Source of the DNA: Lama guanicoe
Taxonomy: Eukaryota
Reading direction: 5' to 3'
DNA: 64,000 bases
Assembly: GCA_013239625.1 (NCBI GenBank)
Contig: MU054001.1
Location: 3,292,151 to 3,356,150, forward strand
Of this stretch, positions 59,850 through 64,000 are shown piece by piece; within the stretch, counting starts at the first letter, position 1; each line of letters starts with the position of its first letter. The notes below the pieces were generated by a model, which was not told where the DNA came from, made no database searches, and saw only the letters and a list, made by a program, of their open reading frames with translations. A program made the position numbers and the translations under genes.

Positions 59850-60700
59850 CCGTCCCCAGGAGAGGAGACCAGCTAAAAAGGAAGATTCCCCAGTTGATAT
59901 GCAAATCCCACAAAAGAAGTAATTGCTTCTTCTCCATGGGCCAATTCAACGGGTACCAGGAGTCTGGGTGACAGGGGAGAAGGCATCACTTCCAGGAAAC
60001 GCTGCCGCTGCCCCACACGCTGGAGGAGGAGGTGGTTTTATTTTAGGAAGACAAAGATGGCTTTTTTGTTTGGCCTGAAATTACGAGGTGTATAACCTTT
60101 CCTTTCTCCGCCACTCCCAAATGAAGGCTCTCATACCAAATTTTGTTTCCCGACAAGAGAAGGAGAAAGCACTGGCCTACTTTTGGCCCTGGAAGGTGCC
60201 TCCTCCATCCTCAAGCTTTCGTGTTTGCTGCAGATCTTGAACAGTCCCCTGGCCAACAGCATTGGGCAAAATTATCCGGCCAGTCACTGCCTTTCAGGAA
60301 TAAATATCTAACACCTTGTTCTCTTTAGCAGTTCAAAAGCCACTGTCACTGGGGTACACTGGGGGTTTAAAAAAAAGGCTATAATTCATATGCAAACTAG
60401 AGGAGGAATTTCATGATTTCATAATAAAATGTTGAAACGCTTTGATCGCGAGTTGTAAGGAGGTGTGAAACAGTGCCTCCGAAACAGACAGATATTTGTG
60501 TAAGCATCCTTTATGTATTGCCAGTGCGGAATAATAACATATCAAAGCCCCAACTTACCTCATCTGCCTGGTACAGCCAAGGCATAAATAAAGGCGAACA
60601 ATGGAATTACTATTACTCACTCACTGAGAGCCTGCGACATCACTGTATCCTTTATAATTGCTGGCAAGAAGATTAATGTTTTGTTAAATATCAGAGCAAG
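59850..60700. promoter_or_regulatory. Candidate conserved non-coding enhancer
   Basis: Repeat-free; ATGCAAAT 59899, CTTTGAT 60440, AGGTGTGAAA 60461, ATCAAAG 60541, AACAATGG 60597. Conservation not tested. Confidence 0.5.
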
Positions 60701-62283
60701 GTCACAAGGGGGCTTGTGGGCCTGTCTAAACATCTAGTCTTTAAGCTCCTTCTCTTTCACTTGCTCTCTTTTTTTTTTTTTTTGAGGAAATGAACTTGTA
60801 GCATTTCCTCTAATTATGGTGATTTTTGCTTTTGAAAGCAGGCCTACATCATCACCTCACTCCGAACACACTCACTCACACACACACGCACACACACACG
60901 CAATCTTCCCCAGATGATATTAGGGGGCAGGCTTGATTTAGCTGCAGTATATGGACAGTGTTGTTATGAGGCGAACTTGCCCTTTTAACCAACGTGGATA
61001 ATTCATTGCCTGCCACTAAAGCCTGGAGCAAAGGGCTTGCACTTAAAAGATCGCTTTTATTGGGGTCCTCTGGGGGCTCCCTCCCAAAGACTTGCAATTC
61101 TGTTATGTTGAGCCCATACACCCGTCCATACAGATGTTTCTAACAGCAAACTGCCTGTGACCCAGAAAGAACAAAATATTTTGGCTTTCCCCGGCTTTCA
61201 GCACCTGTTCAAACCAAAGGGAGCTCTGTACACAGATCAGAAGTCCCAGCCAGCAACTGAAGAGAGGCCACTTCATGGCTGGAGCCAACGTGACAGGTCC
61301 AACAGATCCAGTCCCCTTCATGCGGTGACCCTCAACTCCCACAAGTGTCAGAGGGAGATGAACGACAGATCCCACAGAGGGGTCGACCATCTCCCTGCAG
61401 AGTCTCACATTTCTCTGAGGATACAGGGATCACCTCCACATCCCTCCACCATGTCTGAAATTAACGCAGAAGCTCCATGTCCCTCCTGCCACTATTTTAG
61501 CCTGCATTTCTCAGAGCCATGTCATGGCTCTGGTGCAGCACTGGGCCTGAATTATCTGCCATCCTTGTAATTTCTGCAGGCCTGTGGGAGACTTCAGAGG
61601 TTTCCTGGGGATTTGGAAAAGCACCCTGGGGATGGTAGAAGCTTTTGACATTTCCCCGAGGAGAGCCAGTGACAGCACTTAGAGGGCTTGAGATTGACAA
61701 AAAGTTCTCACAAACATAGCCAAGTGCACAGGAGGAGGCACTGAAGAGCCAAGAGAGACATTGAGAATGTTGCACAAGGGATACAGGGACCCCTTCCCAG
61801 GGGCCTGTTTATCTCACCACTCCCCACGCATGGCCTGGACAGAGGGTTAAGTTGCCAACCCCAGTTTTCAGGAGATTTCCATATTTGTTTGTTTTTCTTC
61901 CTTGCAGCTCAAGGAGGAATTAAGAAGTAAAAGAGACACTTGGCATGAAGGTGGGTGTAGGAGGCAATTAGATGTGAAAGGGAGGATGCCCTGACTTCGG
62001 GGGTTCGCCTCAGCTTCACTGATCGTGATGACAGTCAGAGCAGGAGAGCCACAATTAACATGTGCCCGCTTGCCTCGGCCTAAAACAAAGCAAGGATGCT
62101 CTGCCTAATATAGAAGCTGGTGCTTCACGTGTACTGCACACCTTCAATGTACCTGTGTTGAATCAGTAAGTGGCTGGCTGGCTGGCTGGCTGGCTTGCTG
62201 GGTGGATGGATGCATGGACACATGGATGGAGGATGGTAGAGATTTGATAAAAGGCAAACTAGACAACAATCACTCAGCCCCGC

Positions 62284-62501
62284 CAGAAGTTGGTAAACCA
62301 CGACCTATAGTCCAAGTCCCATCTGCCACCTGTTTTTGTAAATAAGGTTTTATTGGGATGCAGCTATGACCATGCATATAAAGGCACTGTCTACTTTCAT
62401 GATACAAGTTAGAATGGAAGAATTGCTCCAGAAGCAATACGGCCTGCAAGTCTAAATTACTTACTTTCTGGCCCTTTACAGAATAAGTTCACCAACCCCT
62501 G
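62284..62501 (+). mobile_element. MER58A (hAT-Charlie MITE)
   Basis: cagaagttggtaaac...ctgccacctgtttttgtaaataaggttttattgg...ggcctgcaag...tctggccctttacagaataagttcaccaacccctg. Confidence 0.92.
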
Positions 62502-62681
62502 AGCTATGCTATTACGAGGTTTCCTGTGTTTTCATGTAGTTTACCCTCTGTCTTCTCTCTGTTGTCTTTGTTTTGCTGATAAAACAAAACCATAGAGAGT
62601 AAAACCGCATTATATACCCATTTAAGCTATGTAAGCTCTAATAAACACACTGGGGCATATGTATTAGAAATACTAAGTAAG

Positions 62682-62692
62682 CTTTCCTTTTC

Positions 62693-62744
<52 letters not shown>
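62682..62744. repeat. Pyrimidine tract ending in T39
   Basis: Direct reading (T run 62706-62744). Confidence 0.9.
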
Positions 62745-62745
<1 letters not shown>

Positions 62746-63585
62746 AAAAATAAGACCAGTCAACTAAGCCAGTTACTTCAGTTGGGATTCAGTCAAAGAA
62801 ACCATGATCTCTTCCAATGCAGGACGAAGAAAATCCAGTGCGATGGACTTTTTCAAGAGCCTGTACACAAAGCAATGTATTCTGTACTTTCTGTAAAATT
62901 CAAGGGGATTTTTCAGAGGCTAAATTTGACTATATGACTAAGTTTTCCCCTTATGACATTCACTTTAGACTGTAAGAAGCTATCTTCATGAGACCTAGGA
63001 ATCATACACTTATAATTTACAAATATGAGGGGTAAGTTTATGCTCCCCCCCAAATGTGTGTGCTGAGTCTTCTTGCTGGGTGGGAAGGATTATTCATTCT
63101 GCTTCCCAGGATCTGGGAGGAACAGTGCCACAGCCGCTTAGATAAGAGGAGTAGAATTTTAAGTTCCTTCCACATATCAGTAACGAACAGGGTGCTGGTT
63201 GATAGTCTCCTATAATCTGTTCAGGTCCATCGGCACCAGCAGTTGGCAGAAGGACCACAAAGAGAACACAGGATGTAGTCTGAGAAAGCAGAGCTGCTAG
63301 AAACACCCACGTGGAAGGCTTCGCTTGAGATGGCGTTGCTGAGAGAAGAATGCTAGGTGAACTTGGCAAAAATGATCCTCAAGCTGGAAGGGCAGCAGGG
63401 ACTGGAATGGGGGGAGGCTGACACATAGGTAGCTATGTTAGTTAGACACCAGATACTATGATTTGTTGTATTGTGTTTGTAATGGTACATCCTTTACAAT
63501 GTTATCACTGCTTTCTGCCTTATCAGTACAAAAACCCTGCTGGCCATCAGGTAAACCTGAGCCCATTAACCACCTGGAAGGTCAA

Positions 63586-64000
63586 TGTGGTCAGTAGCTT
63601 CTAAGATGTTCCCCAGTGAGCCCCACCGCCTACTATTCATGCCCCAGTATAATCTCCTCTCTATCCGTGAGTCTGGAAAGGATCTAGTAACTTGCTTCTC
63701 ATGAACACAATATAGCAAGAAGGATGAAATGTCTCTTCTAAGGCTTGGTTTCAAAAGATTGTGATTTCTATCTTGCTCACCTTCTCTTGTCCTCTCGCTT
63801 AACTTGTTCTGTTGAAACCAGTTGTCATGCTGTAAGCTACCCTCTAGAGAAGCCCCCAGGGCTAGGAACCTAGGGGGCCCTCGGCCAACAGCAAGGGAGG
63901 CACTCAGGCCCCTCAGCAACCACATGAGTGAGCTGGGAAGGGAATCATTCCCCAGCTAAGGGTCAGGGTGACTGCAGCCTCTGCTGGTTCCATAACTGAA
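63586..64000 (+). mobile_element. MLT1E/F-like MaLR LTR, truncated by the window end
   Basis: tgtggtcagtagcttctaagatgttccccagtgagcccc...ctagtaacttgcttct...cagcaaccacatgagtgagctgggaag...tgactgcagcc. Confidence 0.88.

Noticed and set aside
62682..62744. T39 run as the tail of a retrocopy
   Set aside because: No recognisable element body or TSD next to it; treated as a simple repeat, and its length may be an assembly artefact.
1..64000. Protein-coding genes from the ORF track (longest 55771-56322, 183 aa; 5588-6049, 153 aa)
   Set aside because: No recognisable domains; many use non-ATG starts or run through TEs and microsatellites; lengths fit chance ORFs; no coherent exon chain.
1..64000. CRISPR array, prokaryotic defence system, NUMT, or full-length provirus
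   Set aside because: Mammalian nuclear DNA with no repeat-spacer array and no mitochondrial-like or gag/pol/env sequence seen; all LTRs are solo.

Overview
This is mammalian, repeat-rich, non-coding DNA. It is very likely from a camelid (camel, alpaca or llama), judged from a Vic-1-type tRNA-derived SINE at 47613-47707 and three closely related artiodactyl-type L1 3' ends. I found no convincing protein-coding gene, structural RNA gene, processed pseudogene or NUMT; the listed ORFs are chance ORFs or lie in repeats, and two stretches translate to decayed L1 ORF2p. Much of the window is ancient transposon debris (MIR, L2, L1M, MaLR MLT1, hAT and Tigger MITEs). It also holds six ERV1-class solo LTRs, four with perfect 4-bp target-site duplications (TSDs). 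Between the repeats lie repeat-free blocks rich in homeodomain, SOX, POU, TCF, T-box and RFX motifs, the strongest at about 34.0-34.95 kb and 59.9-60.7 kb. This pattern suggests a gene desert or large intron in the regulatory domain of a developmental gene, but I cannot name the locus. The most notable observations are an ancient ~1 kb-offset duplication predating a MER45A insertion, a MER33 copy with strong AT-to-GC bias (a possible fossil recombination hotspot), all six ERV LTRs sitting inside older TEs, and a perfect STAT/GAS palindrome in one LTR. I see no evidence of a novel multi-gene biological system. Repeat subfamily names come from my recollection of consensus sequences, not a database search, and boundaries without TSDs are approximate.
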